This document shows positions 12,470-25,832 of a DNA stretch of 64,000 nt, piece by piece. Numbering within the stretch: the stretch's first letter is position 1; each line of letters opens with the position of its first letter. Both the position numbers and the translations under genes were made by a program. The DNA comes from Octopus sinensis (taxonomy: Eukaryota), in assembly GCF_006345805.1 (NCBI RefSeq), contig NW_021832227.1:392460-456459 (forward strand), read 5' to 3'. Below the pieces are notes generated by a model that saw only the letters and a list, made by a program, of their open reading frames with translations, ran no database searches and was not told the origin of the DNA.

Positions 12470-12960
12470 GTAACTAGAAGAGCCAGCTCGCCTCGCTAAG
12501 CGCCAGAAACGAGTACATATTTCGACCTCTTCCTCTCCTCCGCAAGCGTATCCTGAAGAACATGCTGTCCAAGGCAATAGCCTCTCGGAAAAAAAAATCC
12601 ACACAGGTCACGTTCCAAACGAATGACCCACCTCCCATGAAAGGGAACGTAATCATCCGTCGAGACGTTTCCCGTCGTTCCGAAGGAGTCCAACATATTC
12701 CAGTGTATACAGGAATCCAGCGGAATCCAAAACCCTCTTCATGACATTATTGAGAAATGCATGTCGCGGGAAACGGTCAGCACTCTTCTTGCATGACAAC
12801 GCGTGTAACCCGCTTTTTGAGATTATCGATCCACACCGACAACGGTGGGGTTGGCATATATCCAATCCCAGTCGTAAACACACGCCGATACGAACGGCTT
12901 CGTCCTCCAGGAGCAGACCATTAGACGCCAGTGGGAGAGCATTTTACGTTCCACTAAATG
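12470..12960 (-). mobile_element. Degenerate CRE-like retrotransposon 3' fragment
   Basis: CLRLGLDICQPHRCRCG...HALSC...RHAFLNNVMKR...DGKRLDG, homologous to the RLE region of the intact CRE element. Confidence 0.8.
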
Positions 12961-12979
12961 AGAACATCTGATGGCATCC

Positions 12980-13760
12980 CAACTCTTCTGTATGGAAGAA
13001 ATCTCTGGGAGTTCAAGTCCGAGCATCCTGGACAACCCGCACATTGACGTATCGTCGTCATCAAAGTGGCTGAAATTATAAGAATAACTCTCCAATCAGG
13101 AAGGTTATTTTCATATTTGCAAAATAGAAACTTTTAATGGTCAAAGGAAACAATGTAACCACTGTAAAAGTAAGGCAATGACCGTTAACCATTTATCCAC
13201 AAAGTATAGGAGTATGCTTTACCATGATTACACATGGAGGCATAACGAAATGGTGAGGTCTCTCCATTCTCTGCTCTGCAATAAGTATGGCTTGAGGCGG
13301 TCCAGAAAGTTGCGAACTTATCAAGTTTAATCGGTTTATGAGAACTCGAAGGTTTACTTCAAGATGGATACTCTTATACGCACCTTGAGTTTTGTCCAGC
13401 ACAACAAACCCCATATTGTGTCCCAGGACAAAAACATCGGAAGGATTGTTATCGTAGACGTGTGCATCACGTGCCTAGCCCGTTTGCAGACACTAAAAGT
13501 GAAGAAAAAGAGAAAGTATAACCTCCTTGCAAACGAGCTATGGCTGATGCACCGTAGCAAAATCCATATTATTCTGTGTGATGACATGGGATGAACGGGT
13601 CACCAAATACCATAAGCGGTACTTAAGACAGATGGGTGTAGATAAGGTTTATATGCAGTCAACTGTTCTTAAGAGGACTCTGCAGAGTGTCTCGTTTGAT
13701 GCTCGCCGATCCAGCCCTTTCCTGATACTGGAATTAGTTAAAAAATTACTTAGTTAATTA
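12980..13760 (+). mobile_element. R4/Dong-like (RLE) non-LTR 3' fragment, degenerate
   Basis: High DNA similarity to the inverted element at 15580..16450 (HDYTWRHNEMVRSLH, HNKP, KKRKYNLLANEL). Confidence 0.85.
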
Positions 13761-13879
13761 GTTCCTTAAATTAATTTGGAGTAGCTGCCATTTTAAGCTA
13801 TTATTACGTCTCTTTAAATTGCATTTTGATTTTACCTTGCCTGGAATTTCAATGTGAATATGCTTAAAAGTTTAAGAAT

Positions 13880-15560
13880 GTTAGTATTAGAATTTATTCA
13901 AAAGTTATTCTAAGTTTTGTTGGAAAATGTCTTCATAATCACGTTAGCTCAATGATCCTCGTCTCCTGGAATTTTTTTCCTCTTGGGAGAGCTTTCCACC
14001 AACGCACCATCAGCACTTTCATTCTCCGAACACAAGATTTTCCCGTTTGCTTCATCCGAGGGGTCCTCGCAAGATTGATTTGCCACTTCAGCCAACTGAC
14101 TGGTTGCCGTAATGAATTCCTCTTGAGACGTATGGATTCCATGCCTATGTTCCACCACAATTGCCTCCAATGTCTTCTTCATGACAAGTCCCTGAATGTA
14201 CGTTCTTGTCGGGCCTTCAACGGATAACTTCTCCATATAGGCTTTGTAACACGTTGAAACCACCCCGTCCCACGTCAGCACAATCGGAATAATTCGGACT
14301 GGTGCCCCTTAAAGCATCTTTAGTTCTCCAGCCAGCAAATCGTACTTATGCAGTTTCTCAACTTTGGTTTGTTTGAGTCTCTCCTGCGATGTAATCCCCA
14401 CCTCAATTATGGTGATCTCATTCTTCAATCTGTCATAGATAAAGATATCTGGCTTATTGAACTGAACTTGCGTATCAGTCAATATTGGCGTATCTACTCT
14501 TATCTCAACATTTCGAGTCGATAAACTAGATTGTACTGAGTGAGACTTTAGTTTCCCAGTTTTCTTTATTCCAAACTGTCTGCATACGTGCAAATGGATG
14601 CATCTCACAACCTCATTGTGCCTTCTCACATAGTCACTGTTTAGCATTCTGTTGCACCGTGTAGCCTTGTGGTCTACTGTCTTCTTAGCTTTTTTGCAAT
14701 GATCACACAGCGCACCACGCGCAGAAGAAAAAAACAAATTTCTATCTTGCAAGAGGCAATACAAAGCTTCACTTCTTGGTGTATTGTTCCCTTTGTACAG
14801 CCACTCGCTAGACATTTTGAGGTCGGAGTTAGAGTCTTCTTTAAACCTGAACAGGACTGAATGGAGTAACTTGTTCTTTATTTTGTTGGACAAATATTGT
14901 ACATGAGCCTCTCTCAGGGATTTGTCAGTGATAGATTGTTTATCAGTCAATCCGTATTTAGAGGAAAGAAATCCTGCGATTGTCGCCATATGCGGTTTTT
15001 CTTTTTAATAACCCGCAGGATCCCCGACCTCCTGAGACAGATAGCCGACTTCTTCTCAAAGGTTTCCAGAAAATGAAGCAGCATTAGTTCACTTTTAAAA
15101 GCAATTGATGTCAACCCCCTTCCCATGCACTTTCTTGAGAGGTATAGCCGCTCTTTATTGGCTGGCTTCAGGTGTATTTTCAGTGTTGTAAGTAATCTTC
15201 GTATTTGGAGATCAATATCGTCAAATTCGAAAGGTTCAGTATTGATTAGCCCAATGTAGTAAATTACTACATTCGTAACAAAACTCTTTGTTGTGCAAAT
15301 AAATCTGTTAACCAATGTCCGGTTATACAAAGAAAAGGTTTATTTGCTGTGGTAGCCGTCCAAATATCAATTGTCAGGGACAAAAATTTGATAGAATCGA
15401 TATCATTTGTAATCGTTGCTTTAACATTTTTGAAAATTTCAGGAATAATATTTTCCGAAAAATATTTTCTGGAGGGAATACAATAATTTGGAATAATATG
15501 ATTTAGTAATCGAATGAAACCAATATCACCAACAATTCAATTATTATTAAAAAAGAAACT
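13880..15560 (-). mobile_element. R4/Dong-like non-LTR retrotransposon, 5'-truncated, frameshifted
   Basis: ORFs 14947..15330, 14309..14989 and 13949..14281: NKERLYLSRK, CDHC..TVDH, YVRRHNEVVRCIH, NKPDIFIYD, IEVGIT, KLHKYDLLA. Confidence 0.85.
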
Positions 15561-17315
15561 AATTAACTAAGTAATTTTGCTAACTAAGTCCAGAGCCTTC
15601 AAAGTGAGCAGAAGGTGGCACTCCACGCACCTCCTCCCCTTCTTCCTCCTCTTCTCTGGCACTGTAGACCTTCGAGAAGGTGCAGTCCAGCGCCTCTTGC
15701 TGACTAAACGTCAGGAAAGGGCTGGATCGGCGAGCATCAAACGAGACACTTTCCAGAGTCCTCTTAAGAACAGTTGACTGTATATAAGCCTGTAGAGACT
15801 TATCTACATCCAACTGTCTTAAGTACCGCTTGTGGTATTTGGTGACCAGTCCATCCCATGTCATCACACACGGGATGACATGGACTTTGCACTGGTGCAT
15901 CAGTCCTAGCTCGTTTGCAAGGAGGTCATACTTCCTCCTTTTCTCCACTTCCACTATCTGCAAACGGTCTAGGCACGTGATGCCCACCTCCACGATAACA
16001 ATCTCCCCGGTGTCCTTATCGTGGACCACAATGTCGGGTCTGTTGTGCTGGACAACAATCGAGGTGCGTATGGGGGTATCCACCTTAATGCACACCCGCG
16101 AGTTCTTACACACCGATTGAACTCGATGGGTTCGCAACTTTCTGGACCGCCTCAAGCCATACTTATTGCAGAGCAGAAGATGGAGGGACCTCACCACCTC
16201 GTTATGCCTCCATGTGTAATCATGGTAAAGCATACTCCCGCACTTCGTGGCTAAATGGTCAACGGTCATTGCCTTACTCTTACAGTGGTTACACTGTTTC
16301 CGTTGACCATTAAAAAAGTTTCTATCCTGCAAATATGAGAACAACCCTTCTGATCGGGGAGAGTTATTCCCATATTTCAGCCACGTAGATGACGACGATA
16401 CGTCAATGTGCGGGTTGTCCAGGCTGCTAAAGAGAGTCTTGTGAAGGACTTTTAAGTTGATCTTTTTAATTAAAGACTCCTTTTGAAGTTTAATCAACTC
16501 CTTCACATTAACTTGGGTAGCACCTAGACCATACTTAGCCGACACATAGCCTTTTATGGTCCCTAGGTGTGTACCACGCGCTTTTTCAGCAGCAAGGATG
16601 GCAGCCTTCCTTTGGGATATACTCGACCCACTCCACAAGGTGTCGTGCATCTTAGTAAGAATTCGCTCACTTAAGTGTACGATGTTACTCAGTCCACGTC
16701 CTAGCTGCCCGCGAGACAAGTACAATCTCTCCTTATTGCTTGCCAACACGTGGACATGATTCTCTCGGAGTACTCTTCGGACAATAAGGTCCATTTCATC
16801 GTACTCACTCGGCTCGAATTCGATCAGGCCAACGTAGTAGTTTAGCAATGAGATGGCGTACTCGTTCAAGGCATAAAATAAGTTCCGTGCATTAAGCCGA
16901 GTCTTACATAACATTGCCGCCCTACTACGCACACCCTCCACTACACACTTTCTCGTTTCGGGTGTGATTAATGAGGCTGGACTCTCAACCACACCAAGAT
17001 ACTTATATCCTTGGTGTTCCTCCAAGACTTTGACTAGGTCACCGCACACAGGGGTGTTAGTCGCCGACTTGTCGTAGTTGAGCTCCAACCCCACGGCCTT
17101 CATGAAACCTTTCAGGACTTTGCCCATCAAGTGGAGGATCTCTGAAGACCGAGCGAACAGCTTAATGTCGTCTATGAACATGAGATGGTTGGTGCTAAAA
17201 CACCCTCCTTCATGTTCGATCGACATTTGTTCGAATTGGGCAGTGAGGACTCTACTCCGGTTCTAGGCAGAGGACGAACAGCAGCGGAGACATGCTGTCG
17301 CCCTGTAATATGCCC
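15560..17315 (-). mobile_element. R4/Dong-like non-LTR retrotransposon, RT plus RLE (ORF 15580..17226), 5'-truncated
   Basis: GILQGDSMSPLLF (frameshifted), HLMFIDDIKLF, YKYLGV, CNHC zinc motif, RHNEVV, HNRPDIVV, EVGIT, EKRRKYDLLA. Confidence 0.9.
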
Positions 17316-18814
17316 CACCAATATCACCAACAAATGAATAGGGTAATAAATTAACTGCAATCATTTCTCCAATTAATTTATGAATTATTTTTGATTTATG
17401 ATCGTCAATATTCCACATATTTTTCTTTTCTATAACTTGAGTAAGTGTTAACTGCTTCAATTGAGCAAAAGGTCGTTTTTTCTGTAACACATTTGTTCTT
17501 CAGCTAATTGTTCACTATGATAAACCCTAAGATGATTTATCATATTAGATGTTGTAAATGTCTTTCGCGTTCGTCCTCCTCTTGATATTAAAATATCGCA
17601 TAATTTACATACGCAAAAAAACGAATTATCGTCTAAGACAGAGGTTTCCAAGCTTTTTTTTACGCGCCTCCTTAGAGAAAAAGTACAATCTTGCGCCTCC
17701 CTTTATATTCCATAATATAATACAATTATTATTTTATCAAAAACAATTTTTTAAAACAAAAAGTTAATGAGATAATTTTTTTTCCATCTTGGCGCAAAGT
17801 TTTTCAAATCTTGGTGTCATCGCAGAGAGTGCTACTCTTAGCTCATTAGTCACTACTAAACGAGTTCGATATTTAGATTTAATTGCAGCTAGTGCAGAAA
17901 ATCCAGTTTCGCATAAATATGAAGTAGCAAATGGCAACAAAACTTTCATTGCTTTATTCGACAAAATTTCATATTCCGTTCTTACATTCAACCAAAAAGA
18001 AATTAGCGGTTCTCTCTCAAATTTTTGTTTCAATAATGTATCGCATGACAATTCTATCAATTTTTCTTTTTCAAAAGTTGTCAATGCAAATTGATTATCT
18101 TCTTCATCAATAAATGGATTCTGTATCCATTCGAACATTTTACAGTCGAGATCTTTAAAATAGTGAGCAAAATGCTTCAACAAACAATCCAAATGTTCAG
18201 CAAATATGTCTTTGTTTGCTTCAATGTTCACTATGGCGCAAAAGGTGTTTAAAAGTGGAAACATGTCATAGATATTTTTTTGTATATTTGATTTCCATAA
18301 TACCAATTTTTTCATAAATGCTTTTATTTTGTCCTTTTGAGAGAATAAATGTAGTTGTGGTCCCTGCATTGATTTATTCAATATACTCAATTTCCCAAAA
18401 ATGTCAACTAAATAGGCAAATTTGACAATAAAGTCATCATCCCTGAACAACTTTGCATCTTCAATATCATTTTCATCAAGAGATCCCTGAACAACTCATC
18501 CCTGAACAACTTTTACATAGATATAATTTTCTAAAAAATGTTTCTGAAATACTTTTCGCGCCTCCCTTGACACGAGTCAACGCCTCCCTAGGGAGGCGCG
18601 CCTCCCCATTTGGAAACCTCTGGTCTAAGACATCAAAAAATTTCCATACAACGCTCGACATGTTAAAAAAAATATTTAATTACATTTTTAATAAAATAAA
18701 TTACATATAAATATATTTTTATGTATAATATAATGGCCGATTAATCGGTATCGGTGAAATTGGCCGATAATCGGTAATCGGCAAAATCCAAAAATGGTTA
18801 TCGGTGCATCACTA
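17316..18814 (-). mobile_element. Ac-like hAT 5' portion with BED finger, interrupted by another hAT
   Basis: End TAGTGATGCACCGATA at 18814 with CCGATA/ATCGG subterminal repeats; removing the nested element restores MSSVVWKFFDVLDDNSFFCVCKLC...TTSNMINHLRVYH. Confidence 0.8.
17639..18622 (-). mobile_element. Buster/Charlie-type hAT deletion derivative (ZBED5/SCAND3-like C-terminus)
   Basis: TIR CAGAGGTTTCCAA; 8-bp TSD GTCTAAGA (17631..17638 and 18623..18630); ORF 17764..18450 KFAYLVDIFGKL...WIQNPF...LPFATSYLCETGFS. Confidence 0.92.
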
Positions 18815-20140
18815 CTAGTAATTATATAAAGACAGGGCATACTCGTTGATTGCTTTGAAGAGGTTCGCTGAGTTTAGTTTTGTCTTTGCTAATCCAATAA
18901 CTCTTTTTTTAACATTCTCGAAGATTGTCTCCAACACTTTTTGTTTTTGTACATTGCTTCCCCGGTCTTCAAGCACTCCTAGGTATCGATAGCCTTCGAT
19001 TCCATCCAGAGTTCTGCAGCTCTCCAATGATTCTAGATTAGTCGCAGACTTCTGAGAGTTCATTTCAAGCCCCGCAACTTCAAAGTACTCAACAATAGTA
19101 TCCATCATTTTAATGACAGTTTCTTCTTTGTGTGCAAGAATCTTTAAGTCGTCAACAAAAAATAGGTGGTTCGTAGAGTATGCCAGCATACTGGGGTCTT
19201 GCTGATCTATCCACAGCTTGGGAAATTTGGAATTAAGTATTCTGCTCAGTGGATCCATTACCAGTACGAACAATTGCGGGGATAAGGCGTCTCCTTGTAG
19301 AATTCCACAATTCAATTTAACAGCCCCAATTCTCTTTTTCCCGAAATGAAGGCAAACTGTCCACCTCTCCACCAGACTTTTTATAAAGTTGGTTATCCAT
19401 AAAGGAATTCCCGAGCAGTCCAACACATGAAACAGGAATTCGTGATCCACCGAATCGAAGGCTTTCTTAACATCCACCCATGATGCACAGAGATTATTGC
19501 CATATTCTCGATTTATGCACTGATTGATAAGGGTTTGTTCCTTAGCACCCTGACATGTCTCCTCGTCCCCAATTGATTTTCAGAGACCAAGCCGAACGCA
19601 TCCACATAGTCAGAGAGTTTGATGTTTACACATTTTGTCACAAGTTTATAGAGAGCAGGCATGCACGTTATTGGGCGCAAATCACGGGGATTTTCACAAA
19701 CTTCTTTCTTCGGAATCATGTAAGTGACGCCCGTATAGAACCAGTCTTCAGGGATGTGTTCCTTATTAACTATTCTGTTCACTTCCCGACACAGGTATCC
19801 ATGTAGTGAGTCAAATCTTTTGATGAAGAAATTATACACTCCATCGCATCCACATGTCTTCCAGTCGTTGGACCACTTAATGGTCTGTTTAATGAATTCC
19901 TCAGTTAACTCCGAGGGTGCACTCTCGATACCGGTGACCCTCCTGTCACGAACCCAGCTGGCTTAGGAGGGTTCTTCTTGGACCAGACCTGCTTCCAGAA
20001 GGACAAGCAATCATTGTCACTGAACTCAAACTCAGCGAGCATCTTATCTCCTGATACTTGCCTATAAAATCTTTTCCGATTCAACTCGAAGCACCAGTCT
20101 ATCCTTTCGAAATTCGGTCCTGGATTTATGCATCAATATC
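18815..20140 (-). mobile_element. R4/Dong-like RT N-terminal part, frameshifted and 3'-truncated
   Basis: LRPITCMPALYK, ENQLG, DVKKAFDSV, GILQGDALSPQLF, HLFFVDDLK, YRYLGV. Confidence 0.85.
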
Positions 20141-20374
20141 TTCTTTTCTTTTATTCGAATCATATCTTGTAAAAATGCAAAAAAATATAGAGAAAAGATT
20201 ATCAAAAAACAATGATTAATTACTATATTTAAAGTCTTGTTTTTTTAAATAAATGTTTCAGATGTTTATTTAAATGTTCAGAATCATTCAAATAAGTAGT
20301 TAAAAATTATAGAAAATTTTTTACAAGATAGGATATTGATTATTTCTCTTACTCGCCAATTTTGGCTTGACTGT

Positions 20375-21595
20375 ATTTAAAAATAAAACGTCAGAGCTGA
20401 GTTTAGACAATCAAGTAACATCATAAAGAATTCTCATCATTCGAAAAATAGCTTAAGCCATTCGAAATAATCAAAAGTATGTTAGGTAAAAGAATAATTA
20501 CAAGTAACTATTTAGAAATAAAACGTCAGAGCTGAGTTTAGACAATCAAGTAACATCATTGAGCATTCTCATCATTCGAAAAATAGCTTAAGCCATTCGA
20601 AATAATCAAAAGTATGTTAGGTAAAAGAATAATTACAAGTAACTATTTAAAAATAAAACGTCAGAGCTGAGTTTAGACAATCAGTAACATCATTAAGCAT
20701 TCTCATCATTCGAAAAATAGCTTAAGCCATTCGAAATAATCAAAAGTATGTTAGGTAAAAGAATAATTACAAGTAACTATTTAAAAATAAAGCGTCAGAG
20801 CTGAGTTTAGACAATCAAGTAACATCATTAAGCATTCTCATCATTCGAAAAATAGCTTAAGCCATTCGAAATAATCAAAAGTATGTTAGGTAAAAGAATA
20901 ATTACAAGTAACTATTTAAAAATAAAACGTCAGAGCTGAGTTTAGACAATCAAGTAACATCATTAAGCATTCTCATCATTCGAAAAATAGCTTAAGCCAT
21001 TCGAAATAATCAAAACTATGTTAGGTAAAAGAATAATTACAAGTAACTATTTAAAAATAAAGCGTCAGAGCTGAGTTTAGACAATCAAGTAACATCATTA
21101 AGCATTCTCATCATTCGAAAAATAGCTTAAGCCATTCGAAATAATCAAAAGTATGTTAGGTAAAAGAATAATTACAAGTAACTATTTAAAAATAAAACGT
21201 CAGAGCTGAGTTTAGACAATCAAGTAACATCATTGAGCATTCTCATCATTCGAAAAATAGCTTAAGCCATTCGAAATAATCAAAAGTATGTTAGGTAAAA
21301 GAATAATACAAGTAACTATTTAAAAATAAAACGTCAGAGCTGAGTTTAGACAATCAAGTAACATCATTAAGAATTCTCATCATCGAAAAACAGTTTAAGC
21401 CATTTAAGATAATTTAAAGTATGTTAGGGAAATGAATGATTAAAAATAACGTCAGAGCTGAGTTTAGACAATCAAGTCACATCATTAAGAATTCTCATCA
21501 TCGAAAAACAGTTTAAGCCATTTAAGATAATTAAAAGTATGCTAGGGAAATGAATGATTAAAAATAACGTCAGAGCTGAGTTTAGACAATCATTT
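20375..21595. repeat. Tandem satellite, ~135-bp unit (about 10 copies; the last units are 118 bp)
   Basis: TCAGAGCTGAGTTTAGAC recurs at 20391, 20526, 20661, 20795, 20930, 21065, 21200, 21334, 21452 and 21570; a single diverged monomer lies near 4300. Confidence 0.95.
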
Positions 21596-22029
21596 CATAT
21601 CATGACATATCACTCATCTTTCGTTAAACTAAAATATGCAGGTGAAATGTATTTCATTTAATTAGTAATATCAAATTAAATAACGCACACAACAAAGAGA
21701 ACAACAAGATAACGCGTGATTTATGCTTTTTATTTATAGATATATTGTAATTTATTATTTTACATTAATTTATATAAAATTTTAACAAACTAATTAATGC
21801 AAGTCAAAAAATTACCCCTGCCTATTCCAGTTGATAATCTCTCAATGTTTTCACTTGTTTATCGTTATTTTCTGCATTTTTTTCAAATGGAAAAGTAGTT
21901 ATTTCAAGCGATCTCCTTCGTCATCTGTCAGGATCCTAATAAGTCATAAGTTGCAGTGGAGATTTTCTGTTTTTAAAGACCAGCTGATTTTACCCGATAT
22001 TCTTATTTGCTCGTTTGTAATTTTAATAC

Positions 22030-22410
22030 TTTATTAATAAAAAGAAGATGCAGTCCAGCGCCTCTCGGTGACTAAACGTCAGGAAAAGACTGGATCGGCG
22101 AGCATCAAATGAGATACTCTCCAGAGTCTTCTTAACTACAGTTGACTGTATATAAGCCTGTAAAGACTTATCTACACCCAGCTGTCTTAAGTACCCCTTG
22201 TGGTATTTAGTGACTAGTCCATGTCATCACACGCGGAATGACATGAACCTAACACTGGTGCATCAGCCCTAACTCGTTTGCAAGGAGGTCATACTTTATC
22301 TTTTTCTCCACTTCCACTGTCTGCAAACGATCTAAAAACGTGATGCCCACTTCAGCGATAACTATCTCCCCGGTGACCTTATAGTGGACCACAACATCAG
22401 GTCTTTGCTC
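22030..22410 (-). mobile_element. R4/Dong-like 3' fragment, degenerate
   Basis: RPDVVVHYKVTGEIVIAEVGIT...EKKIKYDLLANELG, similar to the 15580 element. Confidence 0.8.
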
Positions 22411-22579
22411 GTTTATAATGTATGCGATAGTAGTAATCCAGATTAAGATCGAATTGTGGTTGAATGATAGATCGTAGATGATCTGCCCAAATAATTTTAG
22501 CGACAAATGGATCTGAAGAGGTTTTTAAGTTTTATCGACGATGGGCACTTTCTATTTTGTTAATATCGATCGTTTAGAA

Positions 22580-23101
22580 CAGCGGTTCTCAAATGCGGCC
22601 CCCGGGGCCCACGATTTTTTTTGCGGCCCCTCTAGAGTAACTAACTTTTTTAATTTTTTAATAATGTTTAAATTTAATTATTCATTCTTAAGGTTAAACA
22701 TATCCATAATTGGTGATTTCATTAATCAATTTGAAGCACGTTTTGGGGTACATTTATATAAATTTAATTTTTAGAATTTTAAAGAATTCCTTCCTTTAAT
22801 GAAAATATTCACAACTCCATTCAGCGTGGAAATTAAGGATGCGCCTGCAAAGTTTCAACTAGAACTCATTAATTTACAACATGATATAGAACTGGCGGCC
22901 ATTATTAATTTTTACGAATTAATTCCTCAAGACAAATTCAAAAATATAACACACAATGCATATATGAATCTACATATTTATGCGAATCAATATTTAGTAA
23001 AATGGAAAATATAAAAATATATAAAATATTTTTTGTGCGGCCCGCGAAGCTAATCTTAATTATCGATTTGGCCCTTGAGCTAAAAAGGTTGAGAACCCCT
23101 G
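22580..23101 (+). mobile_element. Non-autonomous hAT (Charlie/SPIN-like) element
   Basis: TIR CAG(C/G)GGTTCTCAA; 8-bp TSD GTTTAGAA (22572..22579 and 23102..23109); remnant FQLELINLQHD. Confidence 0.88.
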
Positions 23102-24597
23102 GTTTAGAATAACAAGATCCTCCTTATTTTGATTGGCCCTTGAATCAGATTGCTGATAGTCAGACAACTACTTTTTTCCCTGACGTGTGATTTGAGCCAA
23201 CTAAAAAACATTTATAGGTCGACGAATCGGAGAAGAAGACCAAGTGATTAACAAGATTTTCAACCTTCAGATTGTACAAATTTGGCAAAAAATCGCTGCT
23301 TTCGTTCCATCCGTAATTAAAAAATATACATTCTTAATAATTATTGATTAAATATAAATAATAGTTAAAATAATTGATATATTAAGTTGAAAATGCTTTT
23401 TTCTATGTGATACATGATAAATATTTCAAATAAACAGATATCTGTATAATTTTTAACTCAAATAAATAAATAGAACAAAAAGTTATGTCTACCTCCTAAC
23501 CAAACGATTCCCATACTTCAATCAATGATACAAGATAAAATTCAAGGAGTTATGTACTGTGTAAACTGGAGACATTTTATAGCATTATCGATAAGAATAG
23601 AAGTCTATTGTGCCATGCTGGAGATGAAAAATTCAACAATTCTTTTTTTGTTTATACTGTTTTGGATATATGGAATATTGAATGTAAAATGGAATGGATT
23701 GTAAATAATGAATCGCCAGATATGATTATCGCTAACTGCTCTGTAAAAAATTAATTAGATTTATCACAGGAAACAAATTTTTCAATGACGAGTCTTTGGG
23801 ATGTTTTTATTGTTATCTGCGGAAAAAAGTCGCCTCCTGGTTTATTAATGTTAAAAGTAAATATATTTGAATTAATTAAAGCTGACCAACTTAAAAAATC
23901 GTCTATCGAAATTTGGATATTTTGAAGATTAAATTGATTATTTGTTTAAAACAGCAAATAATTCTATAAAGTTTTTATTTTCACTTTTTCTCGCGTACTT
24001 AGCTTAATATTTGTATAATTTTGTTACACGAATTAGTAAGTCTTTTATTACATTTAAATCAAGAATAATATTCTGAGCTAAACTTTTTTAAGGATAAAAT
24101 AGTAAAAAATTGTTCTAGGTTTTATAATTTTGCTGTGTTTTGTATCTTGGTTCATCCTCATTCATTGTCGTCTACTTGTAGTTTAATGAACCTTCAAAAA
24201 AGGCAAGCGTGTACGCAATTTGTGAGTTTTGTTACATCCTGTCTCCTAAGTATCCTGTGCGCCTTGATCGGCATAATTTTTAAAAAAAAACACATCTTAC
24301 CCTTTTATTGCATTTGCCAGAAAGTGGAACCTGCACAATTTTAGATCCCTCTATTACAGAACCAAGGCAAAGTTACCCTAGAAAACTTCATATTTGATCT
24401 CTAAGAATTATATCACTTGTTCAATTTCTCGCTCTGAAATTGTCAAAAATGTGTCAATTGCCAGCCAAGTGGCTTTTGAATATAAATAATTGATCGGTTT
24501 ATTGCCGATCTTGTGGATTTAAGCGCGTATAAATTGAAAAACAATGGATTTTGGTCATTGTTGACTCTCACCAAATTTGGTGTGGTCAGGCTACGTA

Positions 24598-25832
24598 CAG
24601 TGACTCCTCTGAAATTGGCCATTTTTGGTTCCACGTGTTTTTGTGGTCAATTCGAGAAATGGCCAATTTGAGAAATAAAATCAATCTTTTGTGTAAATTA
24701 AATTTTGAATAAGAACAACTTTTATCCAGAAAATTTTAAGTAATTAAGCATTATTAATGTTCTTAAAGTAGAATTGGATGCCCATCTGCTTTTTTTGAGT
24801 TTTAATGACATTTTCCTTATAGCACCTTATGGATGTAATCAATTGAACTTCATGTTCGTTCTCAATGTTTTTTAGGAGGTCGTTTTCAATTTTAGTTAAC
24901 TTAACCACAATGTCTTCTTTGTCAATTGAATCATTGGATTCTACTTCATTGAATTCTACTTCAGCTTCTACTTCTTCTTCATTTTTTATATTTTCAATAT
25001 TCTCAACGTCTTGAAATGTATCATTTTCAGAATATTCAAAATTAAGAAATTCTTCGACTTCTAAGGGATCAAAAATGTCAGTTTTTCTACTGCAATATCT
25101 TGAACTTCAACTACATGATTCTTTTTGAATGGGTTGCTTGATATTTCTATGAATTTTTCGATAAATAAGTCGACATCTACTGGATCATTAGTTCTCATTT
25201 CTCCATGTAACTTGGTCATTCGAAAACCATGCCTCTTTTTGAATTTATGAAGGTATCCATTTGAGTTTTTAAAATTATCCAGTTTTAATTCAGCTGCGAA
25301 TAAATTAGCCTTATTTGAAATTAAAGCATCATTAAGAAAGCCACCTTAATCATAAATTAGTACAAATTACCTTTAGACTCAATCGAATCCATCCATTCAA
25401 CTAACATAGCATCAAGGTGTGGGAACTTAAGTCTATGCGCATTTTTTGAAGATAGATTTTGTTTTTTACACACTTTGAGAAAAAAATCTTTTTTTCAAAA
25501 TAATATTATTAATTGTTTTTCTGGAAATCTTCTTTTTAAACAAATGGGAAAATCTATCAGCCAAATACTGACATGAAACATCTTCATTTTGATTTTTATA
25601 AGTTAAAATCTGTATTTTTTGATAAAAAGTGAAACGAGTATAATTACCACGAGAATTGTTCGAAGACATAAAATAACAGGAATTTTATTAATTTGCAAAT
25701 TATATAAAATATATTTTAAAATTTATGGTCAATTTGAGAATTGGCCACTTTCAATGGAAATTCGAATTTTTCTTAAGATAATTTTATAAGTGTGGTCAAT
25801 TTCAGAGGTGGCCAATTTCAGAGGAGTCACTG
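24598..25832 (-). mobile_element. pogo-type element lacking the DDE domain (CENP-B-like DNA-binding region plus acidic tail)
   Basis: TIR CAGTGACTCCTCTGAAATTGGCCA with TA TSD; HTH ORF 25466..25669; 26-nt intron 25345..25370 restoring KGGFLND...SNGYLHKFKKRHG. Confidence 0.85.

Noticed and set aside
20375-21595. CRISPR array, or a repeated exon-intron unit (GTATGT...TCAG)
   Set aside because: No unique spacers and a eukaryotic context; the putative ~82-nt exon is not 3n and successive units hit stop codons
23390-24400. Possible orphan intron-containing gene
   Set aside because: Only one ~70-aa open stretch; no consistent spliced model could be built
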